Assembly (NCBI RefSeq): GCF_009914755.1
Contig: NC_060929.1
DNA from: the human T2T-CHM13v2.0 reference genome, Homo sapiens
Reading direction: 5' to 3' (one strand)
Length of the DNA: 64,000 nt
Every line of letters begins with the position of its first letter. Within the stretch, counting starts at the first letter, position 1. Shown here piece after piece: positions 1-13,880 of this stretch. A program made the translations under genes and the position numbers. The notes under the pieces are model-generated. The model saw only the letters and a list, made by a program, of their open reading frames with translations. It made no database searches and was not told the DNA's origin.

Positions 1-913
1 ACCTGAATGCTAATCCACACCAAAAACATACATTCTGAAAACAACAGAGGAAGCCAGTGAGCAACACCATCACAGATCAGTCAATAAACACCCTCTTCTA
101 GGAAGACAGAGAAGAGGAACTACAGAAAGACAAAGGTGAAAATCAGCCAACTATATATATTTTGACAAACTTTGAGCTTATACAAAGATATGAAAAAGCT
201 AATCTCTAGAGGAAAAGTTAAGCATTCCTGCAAACTAACTGGGCAGTTCATGAGAAATCTACTTCTCATTTCCAATACTGTTGAAACAGTTTTTCCAAGA
301 AGTCTTCTCTCTCACTAATGGGAAGAAGCCTGTAGGGTATCACTTTTGAAATTCTTCCCTCAGGCATCCCCCCTTCCTCAGATCTAGGCACTTTGATTTT
401 TCTTTGACTGCAGTGCACATCTCCATCCCTAGGACCTTCCTAGGCTGTGAACACACTGCATACCTTGCATATTTTCCTACCTTTCCCTTCCATGTAAAAT
501 ATACTTGTCCTATGTTCCATTTCCCTAGATTCTGTCCTCAACCAAAGTCACAATGAATTAATCATATAAACAAATTAGTTAGCCCGTGCGCTACACCTCT
601 CACCTAGAAAAATATGTCTGTAATCTTGTTTAAATGCTTATTTTCATCAAAAAACATTTGACTGGACTAGGTAACCTTCAAATTGTCTCCCAACGCTAAC
701 ATTGTAAAATTATATGAGTAACTCCAACCAGAAAAAAAAAAAAGTAAACCTTGGGCTAAGCTAATTGGTAAGTTGACCTTTTGGGGTCCTTGAAATTAGA
801 CAATTTGTGTTGTTGCTACTGGGTGTAAACATGTCACATCTGCTAGTTGACCTTCAATCAAAAATTTATTGGCAATTTTTAGAGGTTATTATTACATTTT
901 CTTGTCTATGCTA

Positions 914-1413
914 TGTCCTTCAGTGAATTAAAGATGACTCAAATTCTTTGCTCTTCCTCCCATCAGAAAGTTAGTCTATTTTCTCTCCAACATGGAATCA
1001 AGCCAGCCTTATGAATTTATTAATCAATAGAAGGTAGTGAAAGTGACACCTTGCCAGCTCTGGCCTAGGCCTTCATAGGCATGGAAGCTTCTGCTTTCAG
1101 CCTCTTTGGAGCCTTAGCCAATACATAAAGTAAAGATATTCCATTACTCTGCTGCAAAGACCTGTAGCAGGAGAGAGAGAAAGATTTCTGTCCAGCCTCC
1201 AGTTGTTTCAGACTTAGCTGAGGTGCCAAACATGTGGATAAAGCCATTTTGGATCCCCAGCCCTATAAAACCTCCAGATAAGTGCAGCCACATGAATAAG
1301 TCAGACAAGGCCAACAGAAGAATCACCCACCTGAGCTCAGCCCATAGACAGTTGTTATTATCAAGCTACTACCTTTCAGAATGGTTTGTTACTCTGCAAT
1401 AGATAACTGCAGC
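914..1413 (+). mobile_element. MaLR solo LTR, MLT1 (G/H-like)
   Basis: MLT1-type 5' part (GAATTAAAGATG..AAATTCTTTG..CCTCCCATC) and 3' end (GGTTTGTTACTCTGCAATAGATAACTG..CA); heavily diverged. Confidence 0.7.
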
Positions 1414-2267
1414 ACATCCCTAAAAGCTGACCTATTCCTTTCTTTGAATAAAGAAGGTATTAATAACAAATAAAATAATTTTTAAAGTTTCTAATTATCA
1501 TAGTCATTTCACCCTCCAGCACACACTTACTCTTACAATGGCACATCAGTAAAACTCATTCAATACTTTCTCAGCTGCATGCGTGTCCTTAATATCTGTT
1601 GCCATCCACGAAGTCATAAATTGTAAGCTCCTGCTGGCTAGGATCCAGAAACTCCAATAAGTATTTTATAAAGACTTTTCAGAAATAATTTCAGTCAAAG
1701 CCTTCAGCAATTATCAGCAATATTTCCTATAAGTCTTACTACTTTTCCACATTGAGAAGTCTAGAATTGGATCCTCAGAGAGAAACTCCACTTTTAAAGC
1801 CTCCATTTTTCATGTCATGCTTTTGACTTAAAAGAGCATTGAAACCATAAACCTCTCCCAATGTTCTTTTCACAACAATACAATGAATTATAACTTGGCA
1901 ACAGGCAGGAGTGTGTTTGTATTAATTGGCTGGGAGGTTGGTTATTTGTAAAAGGAAATTTTTAATTCCTCTGCCATGCATTCATGTGTGACAAATCCCT
2001 GACACCTGCATAGACATTCCTAGGCCAGAAGCTTATAGTCTTGTCTGGACTCCCTAAGCTGAAAAGTCATCCTGAAAGAATCCATGGATAACAGAGATGA
2101 CAGTGTTTCAGAAGCTTAGAGTTTGCAAACCATCATCAGAACTCCATCAGACCGCTCATCCATGACCCCTTTCCATGACCTATGACCTTTTTTCATAGGT
2201 CATGGAAAAGTGAAATGTTGATTTAATTTTTTTCATAAAATTTGCAAAGTTAAAATGGTATGAATTT

Positions 2268-2621
2268 TGTATTAGTCCGTTTTCATGCTACTGATAAAGA
2301 CGTACCTGAGACTGGGAAGAAAAAGAGGTTTAATTGGACTTACAGTTCCACATGGCTGGGAGGCCTCAGAATCATGGCAGGAGGGTGAAAGGCACTTCTT
2401 ACATGACGGTGGCAAGAGACAATGAGGAGGAAGCAAAAGCGGAAACACCTGAAAAACCCATCAGATCTCGTGAGACTTATTTGCTGTCATGAGAATAGCA
2501 CAGGAAAGACCAGCTGCCATGATTCAATTACCTCTCACTGGGTCCCTCCCGCAACATGTGGGAATTCTGGCAGATACAATTCAAGTTGAGATTTGGGTGG
2601 GGGCACAGCCAAACCATATCA
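2268..2621 (-). mobile_element. THE1A-like solo LTR (MaLR)
   Basis: TGTATTAGTCCG...AAACCATATCA termini; exact 5-bp TSD AATTT at 2263-2267 and 2622-2626. Confidence 0.92.
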
Positions 2622-3255
2622 AATTTCTTTTGGGTAAAGGATATTCCATTTTTAGTCTATATACTTCTGAAATGTTGGGCTTTTTAAGAATAAATATGCA
2701 TTATTTTAGTATTTGTTTAAACATATGATCAGCAGAGAAATTAAATTGTACATAAAATATTCATATTAATATATTTTTCATTATTTGTGGAACAGTCATA
2801 GCATAAGTCAGAAAACTATGGGCATCCTAATGAAGACAGAAAGGGCTGTTACACACATCATGACACAAAGGACTAATATTGTTGTACTTTATCTTAATGT
2901 AATGACAATTGACTTATAAATGCACTATAAATACATCATGCCCTTTCCTATAACACTGCATAAATCTCTACATCAAACACCAAACTCTTAAAATCTGAAT
3001 AATGTAAAATGCCAGTGTCTTGATTATAATGTAAACTGTCCGCCACATAATGTGATCTAAAAGTCAAAACTTAGTTTTGCACCCTAAATCTCTTTTTCAC
3101 CAGCCTCTTTTTAACCATCTCTTTTTTACCAACTTAACCTAAAGAACGGCTTTGGGAGGAATATCAAGTCTGTCTGTGCTTGAAATTCCTGCCAAAGCCA
3201 TTCTTTAGGTTAAGTTATAATGCTTACAGGAGACCTCCTTTAAATACAAATAGTG

Positions 3256-3549
3256 GGCCGGGCACGGTGCCTCATGCTTGTAATCCCAGCACTTTAGGAG
3301 GCCAAGGCAGGCAAATCACTTGAGGTCAGGAGTTCGAGACCAGCCTGGCCAACAGGTGAAGCCCTGTCTCTACTAAAAATACAAAAATTACCCAGGCATG
3401 GTTGTGGGCGCCTGTAATCCCAGCTACTCAGGAGGCTGAGGCAGGAGAATCACTTGAACCCAGAAGGCAGAGGTTGCAGTAAGCCGAGATCACACCATTG
3501 CACTCAAGCCTGGATGTCAGAGCAAGATTCTGTCTCAAAAAAAAAAAAA
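3256..3549 (+). mobile_element. AluS, full length
   Basis: GGCCGGGCACGGTG start, two arms, A tail; 14-bp TSD AAATACAAATAGTG at 3242-3255 and 3550-3563. Confidence 0.97.
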
Positions 3550-4657
3550 AAATACAAATAGTGGTTTTCTTAGAAAAGTAACCAATTCACCTGTTAGAAT
3601 CAACAGTTTTACCTGATTAAGCCATTACTATACAAGGCTTGACTCCAAATAATGATCACTGCTGATTGTGCTTACTTTCCTGATCTTTTTCTCATGTTAC
3701 TATTAATGCAAATGATCATGATTATCTGTACAATTTGCTGAGCACCCATAATGAATTCGGCCCAGTAATTAGTACTTGCCACACATTATTTCTAGTACTG
3801 ATATCACATTACAACACACTATTCTCTCATTTCATGGATTAAGAAACTGACATCCGATGAATTTAGGTGATTCACCCAAGTACACGTAGCTCCTAAGAAA
3901 CAGTCAAGATGCCAACCAGAGCTGTGTGAAGCCAAAGCCAGAAATCCCTCTACACTGTGCTTATGATACTTAAGGCCAAGCAAGCGCTGTACCTCTGACA
4001 AAGTTATAGAATTACCTGATTTATGAGGAAAATTCTTTTTTCTTTGCCATGCCATATTCTTGCCATTTACAGCCAGTGACAGAAAGAAGGCAATGTCACC
4101 AATCCAGTCCATCTTCTGCATGTTCCTTTTCTCAACCCATGGCCCTTAGCCAAGACTCTGGTCTATCCTACCCTCCTTCAGTTATTCAAGTCTAATTATA
4201 GCTCTCAGAAGCCTCACTAACTCAGCAGATAATAACCACATCCTGTTGAATTCAAATAAAATATTTTTAAAACAATGATAATTGTACTTAGTGATGTTTT
4301 TTATAAATAACAAAAAGATAATCACCCTTTAAATTCATACAGTGAGTAGTCTTCCCTCTCAAAGAACTTTACAAGTATTAACTAATTGGTGTTGTAAGAT
4401 ACAGTCATAGTAAATATCCTTTAACTTGTGGAAGCAAGAGTGTCTTACTTAAGGTAAAGCAATTCTGACCCTTGCCTGATAGCACAGGGTGGGCCTGACT
4501 CTCACCCTGTCGAGAGGAGCCTCCTGAGCACAACGGGGATGGAGCAGAAAGTAAAGTGAAAATAACGGCTGGGAATTTGTGGAAATCTTTTCATCTACTG
4601 GTCTCGCTGTTCACAACAATTGTTTTGATAAAACCTTCTCCCGGCCATACAATTTCC

Positions 4658-4972
<315 letters not shown>

Positions 4973-4979
4973 TAGCTTT

Positions 4980-5059
4980 CCCAGGAGTTTGAGACTGCAA
5001 TGAGCTGTGATTGCACCACTGCACTCCAGCCTGGATGACAGAGTGAGATTTAGTCACTA

Positions 5060-5090
<31 letters not shown>
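4980..5090 (+). mobile_element. Alu monomer / right-arm fragment with (TAAA)n tail
   Basis: CCCAGGAGTTTGAGACTGCAATGAGC..CACTCCAGCCTGG; tail expanded to TAAA repeats at ~5060-5090. Confidence 0.85.
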
Positions 5091-5744
5091 GGCTTCCATC
5101 AGTTATGATAGTGTGATATGTGATGTAAGGAAAGGCTGAAATCTCAGCAAACTATTCGGCCTGACACTGGATAAAAAACTAAGCTAATAATACTTCAGGC
5201 CATCCAGCCTTCTGCCACCTAAGGAAGTGCTTCAGATGGCCAAATATTTCCCTGGTTCTGTTTCAGCTTTTATATGGAATTGTGGCTAAGTTCCTCTATT
5301 GTTTTAGTGTAAATTGCTCTAATAGTTAAATAACATAGCATTTCTCTATTCATTCCTCTAATATTTGAACACTTCCCATAAAGATTTCCAAGTAACCATT
5401 ATTGGCATGACAACATGGTTATCTCAGGGGCACAACTCTGAAACTGACTAGAGAAATACATGAGACCCTTTTTGGGATCCTGGGCTGAAAGATGCACAAG
5501 TGTAATCCAAACTAAACGGAATTCTGTACAGAAATGGGACCCCATGCAACATCCAAGAAGCTAACTCTCCAAGCCAGTAAGAAAGAAAAGAGAAAAAGTT
5601 GCCTTCTATGTTTAACTTATTTTAATAAAAGAATCTCCCAAAGAACTATCTGGCTGTTTCATCTGTATGTTTATATTATTTGGCATTCATAGCCTAGTAC
5701 CTAGAGCTACGGTGGAATCCCCAGGTGCTGCAAAAATCCTAACA

Positions 5745-6080
5745 TGTCAAAGACAGTGCTCATCAAATTCTATGGACTTCTCTATATTTCACAGCCTCTT
5801 TTGCAGGTACGTTGGGGGTCACATGACTTCTTCTAGTCAAAGGACTCTGAGTGGAAATGACATGTGTCACTTCTAGGCTAAGATGAGTGAGAACCAGTGC
5901 ACCTCTGCCATCTCTCACTTCCCGTACCATGATCATTGCAGAGGGTGCACATTCCAGATTCTATAGCTGCAAGATAGAATGGGAAATAAGCAAGAAATAA
6001 CCATTTACTGCATGAAGTCCCTGATATTTCAAGATTTTTATCTATGTGACATCTAGGGCTAATTTTTTTATCTAATACAC
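5745..6080 (+). mobile_element. Old MLT1 LTR fragment
   Basis: GGGGTCACATGACT..GTGGAAATGACATGTGTCACTTCTAGGC and AAGAAATAA..GAAGTCCCTGATATTT motifs. Confidence 0.6.
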
Positions 6081-7183
6081 CTTAGAACTCTCATTCCTGC
6101 ACAATACTTTATGACTTCAATGCATTTTAAGCTTGAATATGACCTTGAACCTGCCTGCCAATTTGTAATATCATACAGTAGTGGCTGGACAACTGAATAT
6201 GGAGGCAACAAGGCAGTTTCAGGATTGTGTCTCCATAGGAACCACTCATTAAACTCCTTCTGTGTGCTTCAGCCTGGGCTATATGATATGGAGAGACAAG
6301 AAGGAAAAAGATACAGTTCAGGCTCTCACAATGCTCAGGATTTTGTTTCCAGTAAGGTTTTAGGCTCCTGCGCCTCCTAACCAGGATATTATTAATGCGC
6401 TGTGGCTGGGTTGCTTAAGAAATTACATAATTATGCCACATCAAGGTTTTATACATGCCTAGAATGGCAATCACATGAACAAGGGGAATAAGATATGAGG
6501 ATTTAATTGATGCCATGAATTTCAACTCCAATTAGATTAATTAAATTTATAATTTAGTTTATAGTAACTTTCTCCACCGTAACTCTGCCAAAATGCTTGG
6601 GAGGCTGTAAGGGTTAATTTAAAATAATCAGAGAAAAAAATGCTAATTGAAACCATAAAACTAGTGTGGTGGCTAGATTAGTGGGCATTTTAGCCAACAG
6701 TAATCCCCATGTCTCATTTCAAAAGACATGACAACCTTCTTTTGTCATTTATCTTCTTTTCACTAATGGGAAAACTCAGGGACATGTGGGCCTGTGCCCC
6801 TCTCAGTCCTCCTGCCCTTTCCTTTTGTCTTTTTGAATGTCTCTTCTCTGTTCTCAGAAGATTAAAAATATTATGTTTTTGTTTTTTGGTTTTGCCTCTT
6901 TTGCTTCCATGACATCTACCTATATCCTTTGAGTTGCTAGGAAATCAGGTGCACTGCCTGGTTCTCTTGTGACTCTTCAATGACCTCTTCCAGTGTCTGT
7001 TTTTGGAAGGAAAAAAGAGAGAAAAAGAACAATTTGCTTAATGAATGTTCCCCCTCTAAGACCCAGTGGAATCCTAATTATCAAAGCCTTCTATAGGAAC
7101 CTGTCAAGGGTATGAACTGATTGCTTTATATTAGGCCAACTCCCTCTTGCTGGAACTGTCATTTATTCAGAGTAACTTATTTT

Positions 7184-7503
<320 letters not shown>

Positions 7504-8074
7504 AGAATAACTTCTTTTAAATTGCCAGTTGATTCCTCCAGCTACCATAATAAGCATTTCAATTGCTTCCTCTAAATGTCTCAGGGAAAGGAAAAAACTG
7601 TCAGGTTAAAGAATGTTATATTAAGAAAATTTAAAAAGAACAAAAACAACAATATTGAAGACTTTCTACACTATAGGTCAAACAGTTTTATTTGCATTAT
7701 ATGAGTTTTCTCATTTTATTAACTTGCAAAAATCTATGCAATATAAATATAGGTGTAACATTTGTCCATATATGGCCACTTAATGAAAGCTCTCATTATG
7801 TGACACTATCACTAAAGCATAGCTTTTTTAATAAAGTCTTCCTCTAAGAAGATTCAGCTCTTCAATATTCTTTATGAAGCTCCATAATACTGTAAATCTT
7901 ACATTGAATATAAAGGTATTTCTCCATTTGCATTATTCTAAAATGTGAAAAATATGTTGAAGGAATCAACATGCACTATAACATAAAAGCAGCTTATTTT
8001 GCTGGGTGTTTTCTCCATATGATCAGAAAACAGTTTTTTTTCATGCAGTGTTCTAAAGCGAATTATGTTTTTAG

Positions 8075-8210
8075 GTAGATTGGAAAGAACACAGGACTAA
8101 GAACTGGAACGCCTGCATGCTGAACCTCGCTTTGTGCCTTAGCCAGCTGTGTCACTTGAGGAAATCACTTAATGTCTCTACCACTCAGTTCCTCATCTAT
8201 AAAATGATGA
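8075..8210 (+). mobile_element. MIR SINE
   Basis: MIR core AGCTGTGTCACTTGAGGAAATCACTTAA..CAGTTCCTCATCTATAAAATG. Confidence 0.7.
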
Positions 8211-9453
8211 GCACATTTCTATATTGTCTGAAAAAATCTAATTTAGAATACAAGCTAATGATCATACATTTAATAATATTTTTCGTTTCTCTTATACCTC
8301 TATCTTTCCACCATCAAATAATCAATGATAAGTCACCTACTGTATGTCAGTCTCTGCTAAGGCTTAGGGATACAATTTAAAAAAAAAAAAAAAGATTAAC
8401 TCTGTTTTCTACAAGACCATAATTGGGTGAGGAAACAGTCATGTAGACAAGTAACTAATTCAATGTTATCATTGCTGTAACAGGGGTGAGGATCCAAGAT
8501 CTATAGGAAAACAACCAGGGCAGTTGGAACAGTCAGAAAAGGCTTCAGAGAAGATGTGGCATTTGTTTAGGGCCTTGAAAGATGAACACATCATATTTTT
8601 GCATAACCTCTCTATATACCTGCTACTACTTTAATGGATATTTGGTCTTCTTTCATGATGCATTAAAAACCAGTTCTCCAACCAACTTAACCATGGCCCT
8701 AAATAAAATTTATTTTCTGACTATACAGCAGCAATCCAGTTGCCAAAATAAAAACACTTTATCTCTCTTATTGGAGGGAGAATGGATACATAAGATCAAA
8801 CAGAATGGAATATGGAAGTGGCTTAAAGATATAGAGTTTACTGAAACAATCCAAACAGCCCACAGTTTCCATCTCTCATAAGGAAATTCTACTTTGAGAT
8901 GCCCTGTGATTTTACGTGTTCTCTTGCTTAGATACCCAAACTCTTGTAAAAGAAATTCTAGCCAAAAAATTAAGCTTTGGTTTATCTTTGGAACCTATAA
9001 AAACCTATATTGACACATATAGGGATGTGGTGGCTCAAGCATCTCTATCAACACATCCATAGTTGTGTACTCCAACCAGCCTCCATTCACAGCCAGAGCC
9101 CTATCACTCCTACCATCTTCTATCGGCACTCTAACCAGGCAAGTAACCTGTATTCTTCCCATCAACAACTGCATCAGGGTAGACTTGATATGGAGAGATT
9201 CTCAAGTTGGTGTAGCAGTATGCTAAAGTGAATGGAGTAAAATCTTAAAGATGTGCACAATGGAATCCTTCAGGGGGATCTTAAATAAAATAAAAAACAT
9301 CCTTTTTATATTAAAAAATAAGTCCTCAAGGCTGACAAGACTTTAATGGAAGGGAGAATACTGATGCACTGTTGACAGGTCTGCAGAAGATTATAGTCCT
9401 TTGGGAAGTGATTTATCCACATGTCTCAAAAACTTAAAAATGTTCATGTCCTT

Positions 9454-9817
9454 TGTATTAGTCCGTTTTCACGGTGCTGATAAAGACATACCTGAGACTG
9501 GGCAATTTACAAAAGAAAGAGGTTTAATGGATTCACAGTTCTATGTGGTTGTGGAGGCTTCACAATCATGGTGGAAGGCAAAAGGAACATCTCACAAGGC
9601 AGCAGACAGGAGAACAGATTGAGAGCCAAGAGAAGGGGGTTTCTCCTTATAAAACCATCAGATCTTGTGAGACTTATTTACCACCATGAAAACAGTATGG
9701 GGGAAACCGCTCCCATGATTCAATTATGTCCCACTGGGTTCCTCCCACAACACGAGGGAATTATGGGAGCTACAATTCAAAATGATATTTGGGTGGGGAC
9801 ACAGACAAACCATATCA
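9454..9817 (-). mobile_element. THE1B/C solo LTR inserted in an old L1M fragment
   Basis: TGTATTAGTCCG...AAACCATATCA termini; TSD TCCTT/CCCTT; flanks resemble an L1M 3' region. Confidence 0.9.
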
Positions 9818-11080
9818 CCCTTGGACACAGCTTCTGGGACATAACCCTACTTATGTTGTTACCTAATGATTGTTAATTGTAATAAAAATACAATACAATC
9901 CAAAAGTTCAACAATGAGAAAATTGTTTATTGAAATTTTTGCAAATTCATTTTACAATACTGCAGTATACAATATATTCATTAAGTAAAACTTAACAAAG
10001 AGTTTATAGAATATTGGAAAACACTTAGGTTACAATATTAAAGGATTACACCAAAATACAAAATTAAATAAACAGTTGAATTTTAGACATTATCATGCTT
10101 TCTTAAAAATGCATTAAAAAAGATTGGCAGGAAATACACAAACAAATTCCCAGTGATTGCCTTTGAGTAAAATACACTGACCAATATTTGTATTATTTTA
10201 CTTTATAATATTTTCCTTGTTTTCTCTAATGAGATTCAGGACAAAATTAAGTGCATTGTATGCAATAATTTAGAATGGTGCTGTTCAGGTATGGTGTTAT
10301 TCATAAATCCACAGACAGCCAGACAGATCAATGACCTCAATGAGCCAACACAAAATTCCAAAGGATGCCAACAAAGTAAAGAGCTAAGGGAGGCTCAGTG
10401 ATATAAAAAAGCAAAGTTAGATTCCCAGAGCTTGTGAATAATAAAAAGGTAAATGCAGAGAAATACTGCTATTCAAAATGCATCTGATTCCAGAATGATT
10501 TGCCTGATAGATACATTCAGAGTTTCTCTGCTAATGAATCTTAATTTAACCAAAGAATTAATTCAATTAATTCAACCAATCTTTATTGAGCACCTACTAT
10601 ACACCAGATATTTGTCTATGTGCCTGGAACACAAATATGGCATTGTCCTTCAAGAAGTTTAGAAGAGTATAGTTCAGTGCTGTAGCTTTTATTACATCTG
10701 GGTTTAACTAATGTAGGTAATTTCCAAAAAACTGCCTAAAGATAAGAAATTTTAAAATATTTCATTTGGACTAGTAGAAAAGAAGGAAAGTTAAATTCTA
10801 AGGAACTGATGACGAAAGGTTAAAATTTGGAGTTAGGAAGTCAAGTTAAGATAAAGACAGTCATAATTCATTCTGATATCCTACAGCTGCTAATACTAGT
10901 AAGTTGGAGGAAGAAATCAGTTTACCAGAAATGAGTCAGTTGTCCACGAACATTAGTTGCGTGCCCACTATGGTCAGAAGCACAAAAAAAAAATTTAATA
11001 AAGAACATTTTATCTCTTCCACAAGAAACTTACACACTAATTTGGGAAACATAACGCAAAGGAAATAAGAAAGCTTTTGC

Positions 11081-11470
<390 letters not shown>

Positions 11471-11643
11471 CTAGGGTGTAAATAATACAAAGTTCCCTGG
11501 AAAGGCATCTTTGCAACTGTCTTCTGAAGATAATGAGGGACGCTGACAGAAAAGAGAGAGGAATGGCATGCCCAATGGAAGTGAAACAAAAAAGTAACAT
11601 CTAAAATAAGGCCAGGAAGTTGAGTTTTGGTTTGACTCTAGCC

Positions 11644-11799
11644 CAGTGATTCCCAAACTCGATGGCTCCTGGGAACTTTTTAAACACACCTGTGTCCAGA
11701 GATTCTGGTTTAATTGATCTGTGTAGGGCCTAGGCGTTAGTGTTTTCAAGAAAATTCTCCCAGTTGATTCTGGTGTTCAGCCAGTGTGGAGAACCCCTA
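11644..11799. mobile_element. MER5A-like hAT-Charlie MITE
   Basis: CAGTGATTCCCAAAC...GAGAACCCCT termini, core CAGAGATTCTGGTTTAATTGATCTG. Confidence 0.75.
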
Positions 11800-13734
11800 G
11801 ATAAAGAAACCATATGACTGAATTATGTGAAATGATGTACTTGAAATAGAAAACAAATATTTGTGACTTAGTTAAAAGATAGCTTTAAATACCATAATTA
11901 ATTTGACTCATTAAACTGTGAATTTCTTGGAAGCAGGGTTCATGTTTTTATTCATTTCTGTATGAAAATAATACTAAGTTAATACTTTTAATGATTGAAT
12001 GATTGATTAAATGAATGAATATGATGTTTAAAAAATCACAGTAGGCACTTCAGCCAACAGATAAGATGATGATAATTTTTAAATGAGTTTATTTCAACCT
12101 TATAACTGAAGGATGAAAAAACAGGTAATGGTTAAATGCTAGGGAATGCTCCCTGTGCTCCAGGTTGTGTACATGCAGTGTGTAATTTCACACAATGAGC
12201 CTTTCAAGTAGATGTTGTTATCCCAAATAAGGGAACCGAGGTCCAAGATCACTCCATGTTGATGAGTAGCAAAGCTAGGAATCTGGATTTGCAAAAATGT
12301 TGTGGTAGTTCCTCTTGGTGAATGCCTAAATGTATATGAACAAACACCACACACACCAACACAGGTTCAACTTTCTGAAGAGAATTCCAGCTTTGGACCT
12401 GCTCTAATGATGCAGAAATAGCATGTGATTTAATTAAGATACTTACCTAACCACAAGATTAGAGCTCTTAACAGTAATCAGAGAGGTGGGTCAACATTTG
12501 ATGTTTCTAGGAAATAATTTCTATTGCTTCATCTCTTCTCTCATATAATTTTATTAGAAATGTAATAGAAAAGAACACATATTGCATTGCACTTTGTTTT
12601 GGAATAGGAAATACAATTGCTTTATCATTTAGGGGAAATTTTTCGTCACTCATTATTTCTCTGTTCGCATTTAAAGAAAGCTTTTCTTTTCATTCTTTCA
12701 GAGATTGTCTGAAAAGAAATGTTTCCGTTCTGTATGATGTCATGTATTATCTAAAGTAGTAGAATTATATGTGGATAGAAATAAGAAACTAATAAACTGA
12801 AGAGAGCTTCTCAAATCATGTATTAAAGATTGTGATTGACCTTGAAAGACTGCTCTAGATGACCTTATTTGGGGAACAAGACACTTTAAGCACTAAATTT
12901 GTTTAAAAAGTAGGACTGAGGACATTTTAGGAAATATTATCCTCTGTTCAAGGATAAGTAGAAGGCCTCAATTACAAAAGGAAAAATGCAGCCTCCCCAT
13001 GATGGAAAATGGGAAATCATCCTATCGGCATTCAGCACTATTGATATAAACAAGTTAAGCACATTAATTGCTTTGTGATGCTTTGGGAAATCAGAAACTG
13101 GAACTTTTGAGAAACTCTGTGTTTGGATATAACCAAAGCCAATTTAGTAGAGCAACAATTTGCAATATATTGCCAACTGGAAACACAGCTGAATTCTTCT
13201 ATTCTTAAAACACTTCAACTTTGTAACTTCAACCTCAAAAATCATATAACCTCTACACATTTTCAATTTTAACTTCCTTTTAATATGAATGATCTTACCA
13301 CGTGAAAACTTTAAATTCACTGTTAGAATTTTCAGCTCAGGCTCAGCAACTACTCCTTCTGAAACATTCATTCATTTACTAACTGAGGTTTGCTTATATT
13401 TTTAAAATATCAAACTTTTAATGTCCCTCTTTCTGGCCTATTCCCGCTCCCTCAAATCCATGAATGACTCTGCCATAAACATCACTTATTTTTGGCATCC
13501 AAGTTTCTGTGTTCTAGTTGGGAGCTTTGCTTTTGGCTTGGACTGTGCACTAGTGATACTCAACAAAGCTCCTGTGACAGAGTCTCTGAATTGTTCTAGA
13601 AGTTAGAAAACATAATTATCCAGAAATTTTCTTGAACTATATTTAGGAAGAGTTTACTGCCCTCTGCCAGGGGAACCTAGCTTCTGGGCCCCCTGATTTA
13701 TCAGAAAGATACTTTGGGATTTAGAATGGTCTTT

Positions 13735-13880
13735 TTTTTATTTTTTTTTTTCATTTTTTTTCTGTTTTTGTTTTGTTTTGTTTTGTTTTTTACTTTAAGT
13801 TCTGGGATAAATGTGCTGAATGTGCAGGTTTGTTACATAGGTATACATGGGCTATGGTGGTTTGCTGCACCTATCAACCC
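13735..13880 (-). mobile_element. Severely 5'-truncated L1PA 3' end (~90 bp plus tail)
   Basis: ACTTTAAGTTCTGGGATA..GCAGGTTTGTTACATAGGTATAC; TSD TAGAATGGTCTTT / TAGAACAGTCTTT. Confidence 0.9.

Noticed and set aside
3819-4121. 100-aa minus-strand ORF with an internal CAG|gtaatt donor
   Set aside because: No convincing acceptor, no recognisable domain, and it runs into MIR-like sequence
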